From the NCBI GenBank assembly GCA_951406725.2, contig OX597825.1, positions 82,460,001-82,524,000 of the forward strand: a stretch of DNA of 64,000 bases, read 5' to 3'. The notes under the pieces were generated by a model that saw nothing but the letters and a program-made list of their open reading frames with translations, ran no database searches and had not been told where the DNA came from. This document shows, one piece after another, positions 14,389 through 27,961 of this stretch. Source of the stretch: Octopus vulgaris. Taxonomy: Eukaryota. The position numbers were made by a program, and so were the translations under genes. How positions within the stretch are numbered: the stretch's first letter is position 1; each line of letters opens with the position of its first letter.

Positions 14389-14676
14389 GTATGTATATAC
14401 ATATATGCATATATATATATAAATATATATACACAAAGAGAGAGAGAGAGGGAGAGAGAGAGAGGGAGAGAAAGAAGGGGCGATGCAAATATATAGATGT
14501 ATGCAAACATATTTCCGTATACATTGACATTGGCTTCGTATAGAAGTAGCGCTAAATAACAACGATGCATTATTTTTTTCTTTTTAGAAATTTGAAGTTA
14601 AGTTTGCTATTTGTCAAAAAATACTTATATGTATAACGATAGCTTCAGAGAGAGAATGTCAAAATATGAGGCTGGG

Positions 14677-14681
<5 letters not shown>

Positions 14682-14766
<85 letters not shown>
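14682..14766. repeat. (GATA)n microsatellite
   Basis: Direct reading. Confidence 0.97.
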
Positions 14767-14767
<1 letters not shown>

Positions 14768-15221
14768 AGAGAGAGAATGGAGGTAAGAAAAAAGAAAGAT
14801 GGCGAGAAAGAGAGAGAGAGAGAGAGAGAGACTGTGATAGACGTTGAAAGACAAAGGAGAGTGAGAGATATGAGAAAGCAGATTTCCAGAGAATGGAACC
14901 GAAATCTTTCACTGCCATTTGGAATGAGAAACTAATTGCAATATTGCTTACAAACCTTATTGCTTCACATCCAATTAAATTGAACCTATGAAAAAAAACA
15001 ACGAACAAAACAAAAAATGTTTAACTTTTAGAAGTATACACACGCCAATCAGTATATGATTCGTGGCTTTTTTTTCTCTGTGTTTTGAATAAAGAAAAAA
15101 TAGATACGTACATATATTTGTTTGCATACATACACACTCGCACACACACACACAGACACATAGGCATGTACATACGCACACACATATTTATGTATATATA
15201 TATATGTGTGTACGCAAGTAC

Positions 15222-15261
<40 letters not shown>

Positions 15262-15514
15262 CTCTCAAATAATTATTATATATATTTATTATATATATAT
15301 ATAATAATTATCATATATATATATATATATATATTATACACACACACATATATATATGTATGAATATATGGATGCATGTATTTTATATATGCTAGAAGAA
15401 ATCACATCATGACTACAAAAAGATATAATATATGTATGTGTGTATATATATATGTATATATATGTATATATATATATATATATGTATGTGTGTATATATA
15501 TATGTATATATATG

Positions 15515-15587
<73 letters not shown>

Positions 15588-15759
15588 ATATATGTATATA
15601 TATGTATATATATATATTTATATACTATATATATATACATATACGTAAATATGTACGGTGATATCCATCTTCTCATTCACTTAAATCAAAGAGAAATGGC
15701 CGCCAAAATAAAATGAGATGAACGAAAAATGACGCCAGTCCCGTTGCTTTGGCAAAGTA

Positions 15760-16100
15760 CAAAAAGAGGACAATAAATTACTTATGTATCTGATTACCCT
15801 CTTGTACAGCCAAGAATCGTAGTTCATCTATCGACCCCCACTAACGACTCCTTCAGCAATTCTATCAATGCTGCTGTCGCATCATCTTCAGCTCCCCCTG
15901 GAGTCACTTAATCACTAAGAGAGTCGAAAACATGTGAAGGTCACCAGAATCGAAGAAACTCTGCTGAAGAGACAACTAAGCTGGCCAGGATATATCGCTT
16001 GGAGAGAGGATAATCCAATATGTGGAAGATTACACTTATAATCCGATATGAGATTCCCCCCAATATGTGGGATACTTTCATCTATGATAGAGGTTACACC
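15760..16100 (+). mobile_element. RTE-clade LINE 3' relic
   Basis: Frameshifted peptides [43 protein letters not shown] and [13 protein letters not shown] match the RTE C-terminal consensus (LLYGxExW, FHQRCLRxIL, QLRWAGH, WExLAxDR). Confidence 0.8.
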
Positions 16101-16174
16101 ACAGAAGAGACACAAAGGATGCATAGCAAAAATAAAAGTATCTTGGTGAATGACTGCAGAATTGATACGCGATA

Positions 16175-16351
16175 TCTGTATATTTTTATTGGACTTTCCC
16201 CTGTCTACTGTTTCTGAAGAAGAGCTTTGCTCGAAATGCAAAACCACCTTTCTTGCCTTCCATGAGCGTCTACTATTACTTTGCATGTACCACGTCCTCG
16301 CGTTGTTGCTTTTTTTTCTTGTGTTTATTTTTCGCTTTTTCTTTTGATTTA

Positions 16352-16352
<1 letters not shown>
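16175..16352 (+). mobile_element. ~200 bp hammerhead-bearing element, subfamily 2
   Basis: Shares gtaccacgtcctcgcgttgt with the reverse complement of 56941-57136. Its 3' end runs into (TA)n. Confidence 0.8.
16210..16244 (+). ncRNA. Minimal type I hammerhead-like motif (canonical CUGANGA core)
   Basis: gttt CTGAAGA a GAGC ttt GCTC GAA A tg C A aaac. Stem III ACGT has decayed to ATGC. Confidence 0.65.
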
Positions 16353-16406
<54 letters not shown>

Positions 16407-16448
16407 TATAAAAATATATATGTTTATACATTTAAAATATAGATACAT

Positions 16449-16481
<33 letters not shown>

Positions 16482-16594
16482 CACATATATATATACATAT
16501 ATATATATACATATATATATCGTAATATTATATTACAGATAAATGCCTCTATTAACATAATATCGAGGTCTCATTCGTTCCTTTGTTACATGTT

Positions 16595-16640
<46 letters not shown>

Positions 16641-16666
16641 TATACATTTATAATGTATATATATAC

Positions 16667-16698
<32 letters not shown>

Positions 16699-16704
16699 TT
16701 TATA

Positions 16705-16792
<88 letters not shown>

Positions 16793-16800
16793 CATATATA

Positions 16801-17088
16801 AAGTGGCCAACTTCGTCTGAAAATATTGGTTGCCAGGAGACTAAGGGGAGCCATCCGCAACTACAATGCTATCATTTAATTTTTTTTGTTAAATTTATTC
16901 TTTTCAACTGTTTACAAACGCATCCAGGCTGAAATAATTAATATATTCTTTCAGGATTGAATAAAAAATTCTCTGACTTGTGGGGATGGGCCCCTTAGAT
17001 ACTAACATGGGACCCCATATAAGTATTCTAATGGCGCAGGGGCCCACTTGCCATTGGGCGAGCTGGCAACCTGGCCAGTCCGCCACTG
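16801..17088. mobile_element. Putative non-autonomous DNA transposon (MITE)
   Basis: Right end ccagtccgccactg (TIR CAGTGGCGGACTGG, hAT-like) and degenerate left end aagtggccaact, set in (TA)n. Confidence 0.45.
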
Positions 17089-17854
17089 TATATATATATG
17101 TATACACACACACAAATACACACACACACACATATATATATATATACATATATATGTATATATGTATATGTATCTGTATATATATATGTATATATATATA
17201 TAAATATATATATGCACGCATATATGTATATATTCCCGTGCACATATGTGTATGTATATATATATTTTACTGTGTATATATCAACTTAGATAAGTGTGTT
17301 GGCATATTTATTCATTTCCATATCACTCGCGGACACACACACAATACACAAATGCACACATACATACACACATATATCTTGTTTACGTATATATATATAT
17401 ATATATATGCATGTATGTATATAGATAGATAGACAGATAGATATATATTTTATGTATATGATATCTACGTAAAACCATGCATATATACATACGTTACACA
17501 CACACATATACACACGTTTGCCATATATATTATATCTCAGTCTACATCCTATATATGTATTGTCAGTCTATGTAATTAACTCTTTTTTTTTCTACTGTAA
17601 TTTCTGTGTACACAGTAAGACTACGTAATAAAGACGAAAAAAATGCTACCACTTAGTCACACTAGACGAAATATATTGCATTATTTGTTCTGCTCTTGAT
17701 TATATTGCAGAGTGTCAGGTGTCTTTTTTTTTTAATAATCAGTGAGATTATGTAATCTATAAGAAATGTGGACGTTGAGCATTTAAATATTTTATATTTT
17801 TATTTTTTTTATACTAATAATAAACGAAAATGCCATTACTGAGCAATATGATGA

Positions 17855-17856
<2 letters not shown>

Positions 17857-17944
<88 letters not shown>

Positions 17945-17999
17945 TAATAATAATAATAATAATAATGATAATAATGATGATAATAATGATGATGATGAT

Positions 18000-18054
<55 letters not shown>

Positions 18055-18065
18055 GTGTAGTAGTA

Positions 18066-18138
<73 letters not shown>
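17857..18138. repeat. (AAT)n microsatellite
   Basis: Direct reading. Confidence 0.97.
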
Positions 18139-18140
<2 letters not shown>

Positions 18141-18692
18141 GCTCTGATGCAGTACCAGGCATTGGCTCTCATGGCTTCTGATCTTAACTGATTGGAATTG
18201 TTATCATGTACATTGTTTTGTCTTGGTATAAAAGATGGGCTACAGCAAATATTCTGCTCAATACCACAGATTTGCTTGTCAGTTGTTTGACCTTAACCAG
18301 TTGAGCATGTCCCTTAGTGGCTGACGATATGTGCATCTCTGATCACGAGCAGAAACAGTGGGGGAGCATCATAGCCATGTGTTGAGAAGAATTCTTTGGG
18401 GTTTGGATAAATCACCTTTCGAAACATGGGTGTTTCATACGTTTTTAGATAACCATTATTTAATTTTCATTTCAGCAGGATGGGCTACTCGACCTGAGGG
18501 AAAGTCTAACTGGGCCCCCACCTGCAAGGTCATGCGCTGTTTATCTTGATATGAGATCACCTAGTCGCGCACATATGGTTGTGATGCATGTGCTTGGTGT
18601 ACCGTTATCAGACGGGTAGTCATAGTGGGTATACTGGGCTTCGTATATTTTACCCCAGTGTCACTCTGAGGACATGCATTGCTCTCTCATTC
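18139..18692 (+). mobile_element. ~550 bp non-coding element L embedded in (AAT)n/(AAC)n
   Basis: Full-length homologue inverted at 59878-60432, with partial copies at 56221-56410 and 50873-50920. Strand is arbitrary. Confidence 0.88.
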
Positions 18693-18716
18693 AACAACAA
18701 CAACAATAACAACAGC

Positions 18717-18749
<33 letters not shown>

Positions 18750-18819
18750 AATAATAATAATAATTCTAATAATAATAAAAATAATAATATTAATAGTAAT
18801 CATAACAATAATAGAGATT

Positions 18820-18915
18820 TCAAATCATCCCTGACTTACCATCCATACAGGAAGTGCAATAGATTATCTTAACTGGTACGTCACATGTACTGAGAAGAAC
18901 ATTGTCGCTGTCAAT
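18820..18915 (+). mobile_element. R4/Dong-type LINE extreme C-terminal fragment
   Basis: PDLPSIQEVQ*IILTGTSHVLRRTLSL parallels IQKIALLGTAHILCKTLS at ~45130-45200. Confidence 0.6.
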
Positions 18916-19094
18916 TTTCTTTCCTTTTTCCTTCTTTATTTTATTTGTTTACATTTTAATTTTTAAAAGTTTTTTCTTTCCTTTTTCTCTCTGTATTTAT
19001 TCTTCCTCTTCTCTATCACTTGAGTTTGTAAATGGACAATTTGATGTGTTTATCTTTTTGGTCTATCAATATATACAGTGTGTTTCTCTACCCT

Positions 19095-20280
19095 AGGTAT
19101 CAAGAAGGCATTCGGCAAGGATTGGAAACAGAATGCAAAGATGATAAGGAAAATATAATATAATAATACACGATTCTCCAATTACACTCTAATGAAGTAC
19201 TAGCTTCAAACAATATTAACACCAACTTTGGTATTTTCCAAGGTAATTCACTTTTACCGCAAATGATTTGCATAGCTCTAACACCCCTTACAAGTGAACT
19301 TAACAGAAGAAGTTATGGGTATAAAACGGACAATGAAGAAATAAGCCATCTATATTAAATGGATGAGTTTTAATTCCATCGAGGTGGAGTTTTTTGTTGA
19401 TAAGTGTGGTAAGGCTACTTTCTAGAAAGGGAAATTGAAGATCTCAAGTTCATTCGTGTTATATGTTGATAGTTAGAAAAGAAATTGAGCAAGAACAATC
19501 TTACAGATAGCTAGGAATATATGGAGGCTCTGGCATTCAGCATACAAGCATGAAAGAGAAGATCAGGAAGGAATGTTGCAGGAGAGTTCGAGCAGTCCGG
19601 AAATCTTAGCTAAATGCACATAACAAGGCATTAGCCATAAATTCCATAGCAGTTCCTGTTGTTACATAAAGCTTCATATGTATTGAGTTGTAATATGAGC
19701 TAACGTAAAGAAAATTTACAGATAAATACGTAAGTTACTAGTTGTAATAATATTCAACACCCAAAGGCATACGTGGATTGTGTTTACCTTCGTTTCTACG
19801 AAGGAAGTCGAGGCTTGATCCAAATGGAACTCTTTTACAAAACTACCCCAAGTGGACTGGCCAAATATTTCGAAATAACTAAAAACTGGATGCTTAAACT
19901 CGTTGAAAAGCACGGAAGGCAGAAGTTTCATTCTGTCATAAAAGAGAGCAAAATTTTGCTATTGATTTCGTACATGATACCCAAGCTGAAATATGTAAGG
20001 AAGTGCGGCAACCGTTGCTGTAAAGAAGATGAAATTAATGGCATGGAAAAAATGTTTTAGCATCAGTGGAGTATGAATCAAAGACATGACAGAGTCGGCC
20101 AATATCTACACTGGTTAATATGTCGGCATTATAAAATCAAAACAATCGACAAGTGATATAATCACGACCCTCAGGCTGGAACTGAGGGAGACAATGTAAT
20201 AATTCTTTGGGACTTTTCAATACATACAGACCGAACCATCAAAGTTAAGGAACCGGATATGGTTGTAAAAGACAAACATT
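19095..20280 (+). mobile_element. R4/Dong-clade (RLE) non-LTR retrotransposon relic
   Basis: RT motifs GIFQGNSL.P...CIALTPL and ISHLY*MD. Post-zinc-knuckle RHDRVGQYLHWLIC. RLE motif ILWDFSIHTDRTIK...PDMVVKDK. Many stops and frameshifts. Confidence 0.88.
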
Positions 20281-20925
20281 GCATTTAATTTTATATATAC
20301 ACCGCATCAAGAAATAATCAGCCCCGGGGTCGTATCTACGTTTAAAAATTTGACTTTGTACATGCATATTTCAATAATCCTAACAACACACGATGTCCTC
20401 AATGTTTATCTCTCGGCAAGCGCTATGTTGTTGTACCCAGCCATTTCCTGCCTCCTATATATTAATGTGCCTGGATTCTACTGAATCTGTGTATCAACAC
20501 ACAAACACACACACACGCACACACACACGCACGCACACACACGCATACACGCACGCACACACACACACGCACACACACACAGACACGCACGCACACACAC
20601 ACACACACACACACGTACAGCTATCTTTATATTTGCAGAGATATTAAGTATAAACGCACTCAAAAAAACATACATCTGTATAAACAGATATATATCTTTG
20701 TGTTTCCACCATTATGGGGCTACGTCAGCTTTTGTGTGCGTGTTTACAGACAGGCAGATAATATGGTACTAATTTGGCCGAGTCTACATCAAATAGTTTG
20801 GAACTGAGTTGCCAATAGCAACAATTAGCTGAATAAATTCCAATACATGAGTACGAAGAATTCTTCCAAATAAATAATTTCTTCGTATTTAGTTAGCTCA
20901 TTCTTGCGTCAGTAAAATGAATACC

Positions 20926-21008
<83 letters not shown>

Positions 21009-21009
21009 G

Positions 21010-21047
<38 letters not shown>

Positions 21048-21060
21048 ATCTATCTCTCTA
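20926..21060. repeat. (CTAT)n-(CTTT)n compound microsatellite
   Basis: Direct reading. Confidence 0.95.
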
Positions 21061-21145
21061 TCGATCTAAATATATCTATCTATATATGTTATATACATGT
21101 TGCCACATATACACACGCGTATATGTGTACATATGTATATGGATA

Positions 21146-21235
<90 letters not shown>

Positions 21236-21299
21236 CGTATGTATAAGTATATGTAGATATAGATACATACATACATACATACCTACATACATACATACC

Positions 21300-21366
<67 letters not shown>

Positions 21367-21736
21367 TCGAAAATACATAGTCGCACATATACACGTACAC
21401 TTATATGGCCACACATTAAATCCGAACCAAACTTTAAGGAATCTAATATCTGTTGCACATTTTCTTCTCTTTACGTTTTGCTAATTTTATTTCCTTTCAT
21501 TGCCGTAAACCACGTATATCTCATCTGCACTGATTTGATACCAGCGCTACAAATCAAGTAATTTAATATATATATATATATATTTGTATATATACTACAT
21601 ATATATACACTAGCATACTTTATACATATGTTGCACAGACAGACACACGTAGGCATGCTTCTTTTTGTGTTTTTCTAGGGCTATGTGTCCAATATAAAAT
21701 AGCATTTCTTTGCTTCATACTTGTGAAAGCAGTTAT

Positions 21737-21767
<31 letters not shown>

Positions 21768-21794
21768 AATGTATATATGTATGTATATTTTTTC

Positions 21795-22067
21795 TTTCGT
21801 TTATTTTACGTGTTTCAGTCATTTGATAGCGGCCATGCTGGAGCTCCGCCTTTAGTCGAGCAAATCGAGTCCCAGAACTTATTCTTGTAAGCCTTTTACT
21901 TATTCCATCGCTCTCCTTTGCCGAACTGTTAGATTACGAGGAAGTTAGCACACCAGCATCGGTTGCCAAGCTACGATGGGGAGACAAACACAGACACACA
22001 GACACACCGACACACTCACATACACAAACAGACACATACAGACACACACACAGAAACACACACACAT

Positions 22068-22102
<35 letters not shown>

Positions 22103-22117
22103 CATTCTTACATACAT

Positions 22118-22183
<66 letters not shown>

Positions 22184-22280
22184 TTATATGGCATGGTAGA
22201 AGACACTTGTCGAAGGTGCCACGCAGTGGAACTGAACCCAGAACCATGTACTTTGGAAGCAAGATTCTTACCACACAGCT
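21795..22280 (-). mobile_element. SINE family S2 (internal microsatellite), partly deleted
   Basis: Homologous to 39000-39431 and 54497-54917. Confidence 0.85.
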
Positions 22281-22329
22281 GAATTGGTGATTTAGACTCC
22301 AAATGATATTACACACTAGGTGAAGATAT

Positions 22330-22500
22330 TTAACACCACTTCGTCAGTCTTTATGTCGTGTTCGAAATTCGCCAAGATAAAATTTGCCTTTCATCTTTCG
22401 TTGTCGATAAAACAAGTAGCAGTTAAGCACGGGTGTCGAGGTAATCGAATAACTTCCTGACCCGAACTTGCTGGCTTTGTTTTAAAATTTGAAATCAGTG
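22330..22500 (+). mobile_element. SINE family M, degenerate
   Basis: ttgcctttcatctttcgttgtcgataaa core plus the T2 tail. Confidence 0.65.
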
Positions 22501-22548
22501 TTGATTTTGAATTTTAAAAAGGCAAAGAGCTGGCACGCCGGTGACAAT

Positions 22549-22860
22549 GTAGAGGCACATGGCCTAGTGGTTAGAGCAGCGGGTCGCGGTCGAGGGATCG
22601 CGGGTTCGAATCAAAGACCGGGCGATGTGTCTGTTCATGAGTGAAACACTTAAGCTCCATGCGCCTCTGGCAGAAGGTAATGGCGATCTTCTGCTGACTC
22701 TTTCGCCACAACTTTCTCTCACTCTTTCCTCCTGCATCTTGCAGCTCACCTGCGACGGACAAACGTCTCGTCAAGGTAGAGAACCTATACGCCAAGGCCA
22801 CCAGGAAACCGGCCCTTATGAGTCAGGCGTGGCCCGAGAAGGAACAAACAACAAACAATG
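22549..22860 (+). mobile_element. tRNA-derived SINE (head A, tail Z)
   Basis: A box tggcctagtgg, B box gggttcgaatc, (AAC/AAAC) tail, possible TSD acaatgt. Confidence 0.88.
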
Positions 22861-22944
22861 TCTATGATATCAGTTATCGATACATAAAAGCCAATAGTTA
22901 TGTCTAAGTGAAACATTTGAAATAATTTCTTTCTATGTAATATT

Positions 22945-23155
22945 AGTTTCAAATTTTGATTCAAGGCTAGCGATATTGGAGAAGGATTAAGTCGATTACA
23001 TGGACCCAGGCTTTTACTGTTACAAATTTATCAACCCCTAAAGAATAAAAGGCAAATTCGACCACGGCGGAATTTGAACTCAGACTGTAAAGAGGGGCGA
23101 AATGCCGCTAAGCGTTTTGACCGATGCGGTAAGGATTCTACCAACTCACCTCTTT
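22945..23155 (-). mobile_element. SINE family M, tail T2
   Basis: aaaggcaaattcgaccacggcggaatttgaactcag core. Confidence 0.8.
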
Positions 23156-24034
23156 TTTAGTATTTCGAATATTAAATCCATCAATCTTTAGAAATCACGC
23201 AAATATTTTGCTTACAAATATTTCTTAAAATATTCAAAATATCAATTCTTAATGTCAAGATACGCTTAATCATAAATAATGAGCTTATTTTACAATCAAA
23301 GTGGATAACGTTACATTTTTGTATAATCCATCGTTTTTTATACATATTTTCAGTAATATTTACAATATTTTCTTGACTTATTTGACATATGACGGGTACT
23401 TTGTTTGAGAGAAAAACTAGGGAGATGATTACTGTTCAAGTTATTATTGAGCCGTAATATGTAACTTACATACAAGATCTTATTGCCATTTCTTATAATC
23501 GTCTTAAAGTACAATTAGGCAGTATTCTATAATACGAAATATTCGCCATTGAAGAATCGATAAGACGACATTAAATTGCGCATTAGCATCGAAAGATTAT
23601 CTTTGAACACATAATACAATTTGTACGAGTGAAATTTCAGTCTGAAAACCTGAAGCTGTTCCTCGCTAAAATCGTTTGCTAGGTTTCTGACCTGACAATA
23701 CACATCAAAACGCGTTTGACAAATAGCGAAACCAATGGGAGAATTAAGTTATTCGTGAAACTAAATAATTATGTTGCTTGCTCTAACTTGCAGTGAGAAT
23801 CACTACAAAAGAAGCTATGACATTTCATATATCTTTTTAACTAAATGAGTAATATGTACCTGCACAGAGCCATTATCTTACAACGGTTTTTCTTATCGTC
23901 TGTTTTGCCTGACATTTAAATTTAATCTTCTCGTCATTTAGTCAATCCAGTTTCTTCTTTGTCGCCCACACAGGAAACAGAATTCAAATTTATTCCGCCC
24001 CCACCTTGGAATAAACATGACACAGTGTGTACGC

Positions 24035-24415
24035 ACATACATACATAGAAACATACATACATACATACTTACATACATACATACATACATTCATACATAC
24101 ATATATACATACGTACATACATATGTACATACATACATACTTACATACGTGCATACATACTTATATACATACATACTTACATACATACATACATACATAC
24201 ATTCATACATACATACAAACACATATTCATACATACATTCATACATACATACATGCATACATACATACATACATGCATACATACATTCATGCATACATAC
24301 ATACATACGTACATACATACATACCTACATACATACATACATACATACATACATACATACATACATACATACATACATACATGCATATATACACATACGT
24401 ACATACATACATGTA
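24035..24415. repeat. (CATA)n microsatellite
   Basis: Direct reading. Confidence 0.95.
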
Positions 24416-24524
24416 TCTGTTTATAGTGATCGAATATATGTACTATACGTTAACTTATTCCAACCATCAAATCGACGTTACCTGAACAGGTGTACGGTGG
24501 TCTACCTATCAGGTGTCAAAGGGA

Positions 24525-24627
24525 TCGCAGAGCGTTTTGCTCAAGAACACAGCGCAGAACCTAGTCTACGAATTGAAACTACACCATCGAGAGTGCAACG
24601 CCCTTACTACTAAGCCATGCATTCTCC
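24525..24627 (-). mobile_element. Degenerate SINE head B fragment
   Basis: ttgctcaagaacacagcgc...cccttactactaagcca resembles 6510-6600. Confidence 0.55.
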
Positions 24628-24644
24628 CTATATACATACATTCA

Positions 24645-24704
<60 letters not shown>

Positions 24705-25096
24705 GGGCGCAGGAGTGGCTGTGTGGTAAGTAGCTTGCTTACCAAACACATGGTTCCAAGCCGAGTTCAGTCCCACTACGTAGCACGTTGGGCAAGTGTC
24801 TTCTACTATAACCTCGAGCCGTCCAGAGCCTTGCGAGTGGATTTGGTAGAAGGAAACTAAAAGAAGCCCGTCGTATGTATACATGTATGATTGTGTGTCT
24901 GTGTTTGTACTCCTCCCTTCAACACCGTTTGCCAACCGATGCTGGTGTGTTTACGTACCCGTAACATACCGATCTGGCAAAAGAAGCCGATAGAATAAGT
25001 ACTAGGCTTACAAAGAACCAGGTCTGTGGTCGACTTGCTCGACTAAAATCGGTGCTCCATTATAGCCGCAGTCAAATGACTGAAACAAATAAAAGA
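24705..25096 (+). mobile_element. SINE family S2
   Basis: Head ggcgcaggagtggctgtgtggtaag, CORE-like ttgggcaagtgtctt, 3' gcagtcaaatgactgaaacaa.taaaag. Confidence 0.9.
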
Positions 25097-26719
25097 ATAT
25101 ATATAGGCAAACCCGAGATAAAGAAACCAGAAAAATCCATAAATGTGAATGAGAGGTACACAGTGAAGATATTAGATTGACGTTTAGTGAAAGTTTTTGA
25201 TGGTAAAAAATATGGGTAGAAATATGGCTTCGAGCATAGCTCTTTGTCGGATAGAGTGAAATTGCCCGAGAAGAAAGAAAAGGAGAACGGGGCAATTATG
25301 TGGCTCTTTATTTATAAAGTATGTATTATACGGTAGTGAAATATTTTTCAATATGGTGTGGGGAGATTTCTAGAACCTTCCAGCGGGAATCAAGTAAAAG
25401 ATTCCATTTATTCTCTTGTATGGACGTCGTTTGTTTATTGTAAGGGAACGGAACATTCATAACTCTGTTTATTCCCAGTGATGCAATTTGTTCACAAAAG
25501 CAGAATTCTTCCTGCCTACGAAAAGAGATATTGAGCGAAATGTTCTTTGAGATGCAATACAAGAACTGATGGTCAGAATTGGAACGCTTTAGATCTACTT
25601 TACCATGGTTTATCTGGGGGATAAATAGCAACAAGAATCCTGTTCAGATATATCTCAGGGTTAAGTCGTTTGATATATACGCCATATATATTGTCCAAGA
25701 CAAGCAGAGGGAACGCCGTGACAGCAGTTGCTTCATCACGTATTATTCCTTCCCGACCATATATTCTCCCAGTTCTTGGAACTAATAATCAATTTTCAAT
25801 TCCTAGCTCTAATTTTATCACAATACCTAGACGTGACTGGACAACATGAAAAAAAGAAAAAAAAAAAAAAACAAAAACAAAAAAAGACAAAAAAAGACAA
25901 AATGCAATACTGTTGTCACATTGTTGTGGAATCTCGTCTCAGTATGAACTATTCACCAAATCATGTTTCGATAAAACGAACAGCATGAATAAAAGTGATA
26001 AATTCTAATGTTCTTTATCAACAGTTCATAATAATGAAATCCAAAGAAAAAAATTATCCAGTAATATATAATGTTATTGTTTCAAGAATTGATTACTGTC
26101 GTTCTTTCATCAACCACAATTCTATCAGGTTATACTATAATTCCTACTCTATCATGTCTTTGCATTGAGGATATTTTGCTCTTTATTTCATGTGACGTGC
26201 TACGTAACCGTTGATAATATCAGACATATCAAAGGAATTAAGAAATGCCACTTGAGAAAGAGAAAATTTTAACCAAATTCTCCTGATCTGCTGGATTGAA
26301 AGGACGTCTTAAGTATTAAATTTTATTAACTATTTTACTATTGTCATCTTTGCTTTACGTATAGAACAGAATATAAAAGTTAAAAGAAGCATCGAGAGGA
26401 GTACCCAGGATATGATCTGCCTCAACTGTAGATTCACCCCCGTTTCTCAGATGATGGTGTTTGAGCAATGCAAAATGGTATGCTTTGCGCAAAAACACAA
26501 GGAAACTTACGCTTATATGTTCAGAACCCAATCGCTAGAACATGTGACTTCATTGACACAGACACACACACACGCACATATATATCCATATAAGCACGCA
26601 CATACAACAACACACACGCACTCATATAAAGCTATAGCCAATTGTTTTATACAGATGTTTAACTGTATATGATTGATCTGTAAATGATGGATATCAGTCT
26701 TTCTAATAGTACTGAGCCT

Positions 26720-27029
26720 TTCTTTTCGCCCTTTTCAAGCCTAGCCAGTCTCATGGGCCCGGTTTCCCGGTTTCTGTGGCGTATGTGTTTCCCCAGCTGG
26801 ACGGGACGTCAGTCCATCGCAGCGTTACCCAAGAAACAGGGAGAAAGAGTGAGAGAAAGTTGGGGCGAAAGAGTACAACAGGGGTCGCCACCACCCCATG
26901 CCGGAGGCTCGTGGAGCTTTAGGTGTTTTCGCTCAATAAACACACATAATGCCCGGTCTGGGAATCGAAATCGCGATCCTCCGACCGCGTGTCCGCTGCT
27001 CTAACCACTGGGTCATTGCGCCTCCACAT
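26720..27029 (-). mobile_element. tRNA-derived SINE (head A, tail Z) with TSD
   Basis: A and B boxes on the minus strand. TSD tactgagcct (26710-26719) / tactgggcct (27030-27039). Confidence 0.9.
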
Positions 27030-27164
27030 TACTGGGCCTACCACACCAAATCCATTTCTTCTGATTGTTTTTGTCATCGAATCCTCTAAGATTAATTCCT
27101 ATTAACTTAAATTAAATCGTATCAATAGATTATTTATACCTGTAATGTATGCGTGATTTTGTAG

Positions 27165-27641
27165 TTCGAACTCTGCATTCACCAACTTGACTTTGGAGAG
27201 AAAATCGGAGACGAAATCAATCACTGTAAAGGAAGCGTTGAGAATTTGTTGGATGCGGGGTTTACTGGATGCTCACGAGTCTACGACAAATTGCGAACGA
27301 GAGGAAAAAATGGCTGCCAGAAATTTGTCGGAAGCTGCTGCGAAAGCAAACCCCAACACCAGGGTCAAGAGAGAGGACGAGTGATGCAACAAAATAAATA
27401 CGTTCAGAAGGATTTCACCCACAGCCCAACGTCTGACACAACAAAGCTCGGGTTATTGTGCAGGGGCTTTGTCGCTTATGTCGGCGGGTGGTCTACGGGT
27501 AACTTTGGGGTCGATATGGAAGGTGCCGAAACACGTACAGAGTACTTTCATTGCTTGATGAGATATCGATACCTGAATTGGCAGATGGACTGCAGTAGCA
27601 AATTACGCTCGGTACACAAGTGTTCACCTGAATTAACGTAA
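27165..27641 (+). other. GC-richer unique segment with a 158-codon open frame (exon or transposase relic, unresolved)
   Basis: Frame is open from immediately after attttgtag (27164) to the stop at 27641. No recognised homology. Confidence 0.25.
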
Positions 27642-27875
27642 TTAGTGTAAATATTCAATGAATGTCTAACATGCATACATACATACATGCAGGCATACAT
27701 GCACGCATACATACATACATACATACATACATACATACATACATACATACATACATACATACAAAAAAGACCCTGTTGTTGATCTTGAAATACCAATAAA
27801 AAAGACCTGGATCTAGGTTAGAAACCGGTTCTTTCTCTATTGGTAAGAAATCTTGAAATAAACTGAATAATATCG

Positions 27876-27930
27876 TACATACATACATACCTACATACAT
27901 ATATGCATCCTTTCATACATACATGCATAC

Positions 27931-27961
<31 letters not shown>

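Larger units (their letters stand above)
13769..15192. repeat. Local inverted duplication, arms ~13769-14004 and ~14950-15192
   Basis: cacgaatcatatactgattggcgtgtgtatacttctaaaagttaaa is exactly inverted at ~15020-15065. Homology extends ~240 bp and includes the adjacent microsatellite. Confidence 0.9.

Noticed and set aside
18321-18356. CTGACGA...GAAAC inside element L as a hammerhead
   Set aside because: Stem II is poor and the second copy (~60215-60255) has GAAG instead of GAAA.
18840-18889. Apparent minus-strand micro-exon with a perfect GTAAGT donor
   Set aside because: The + strand encodes an R4/Dong C-terminal motif, so the splice signals are probably fortuitous.
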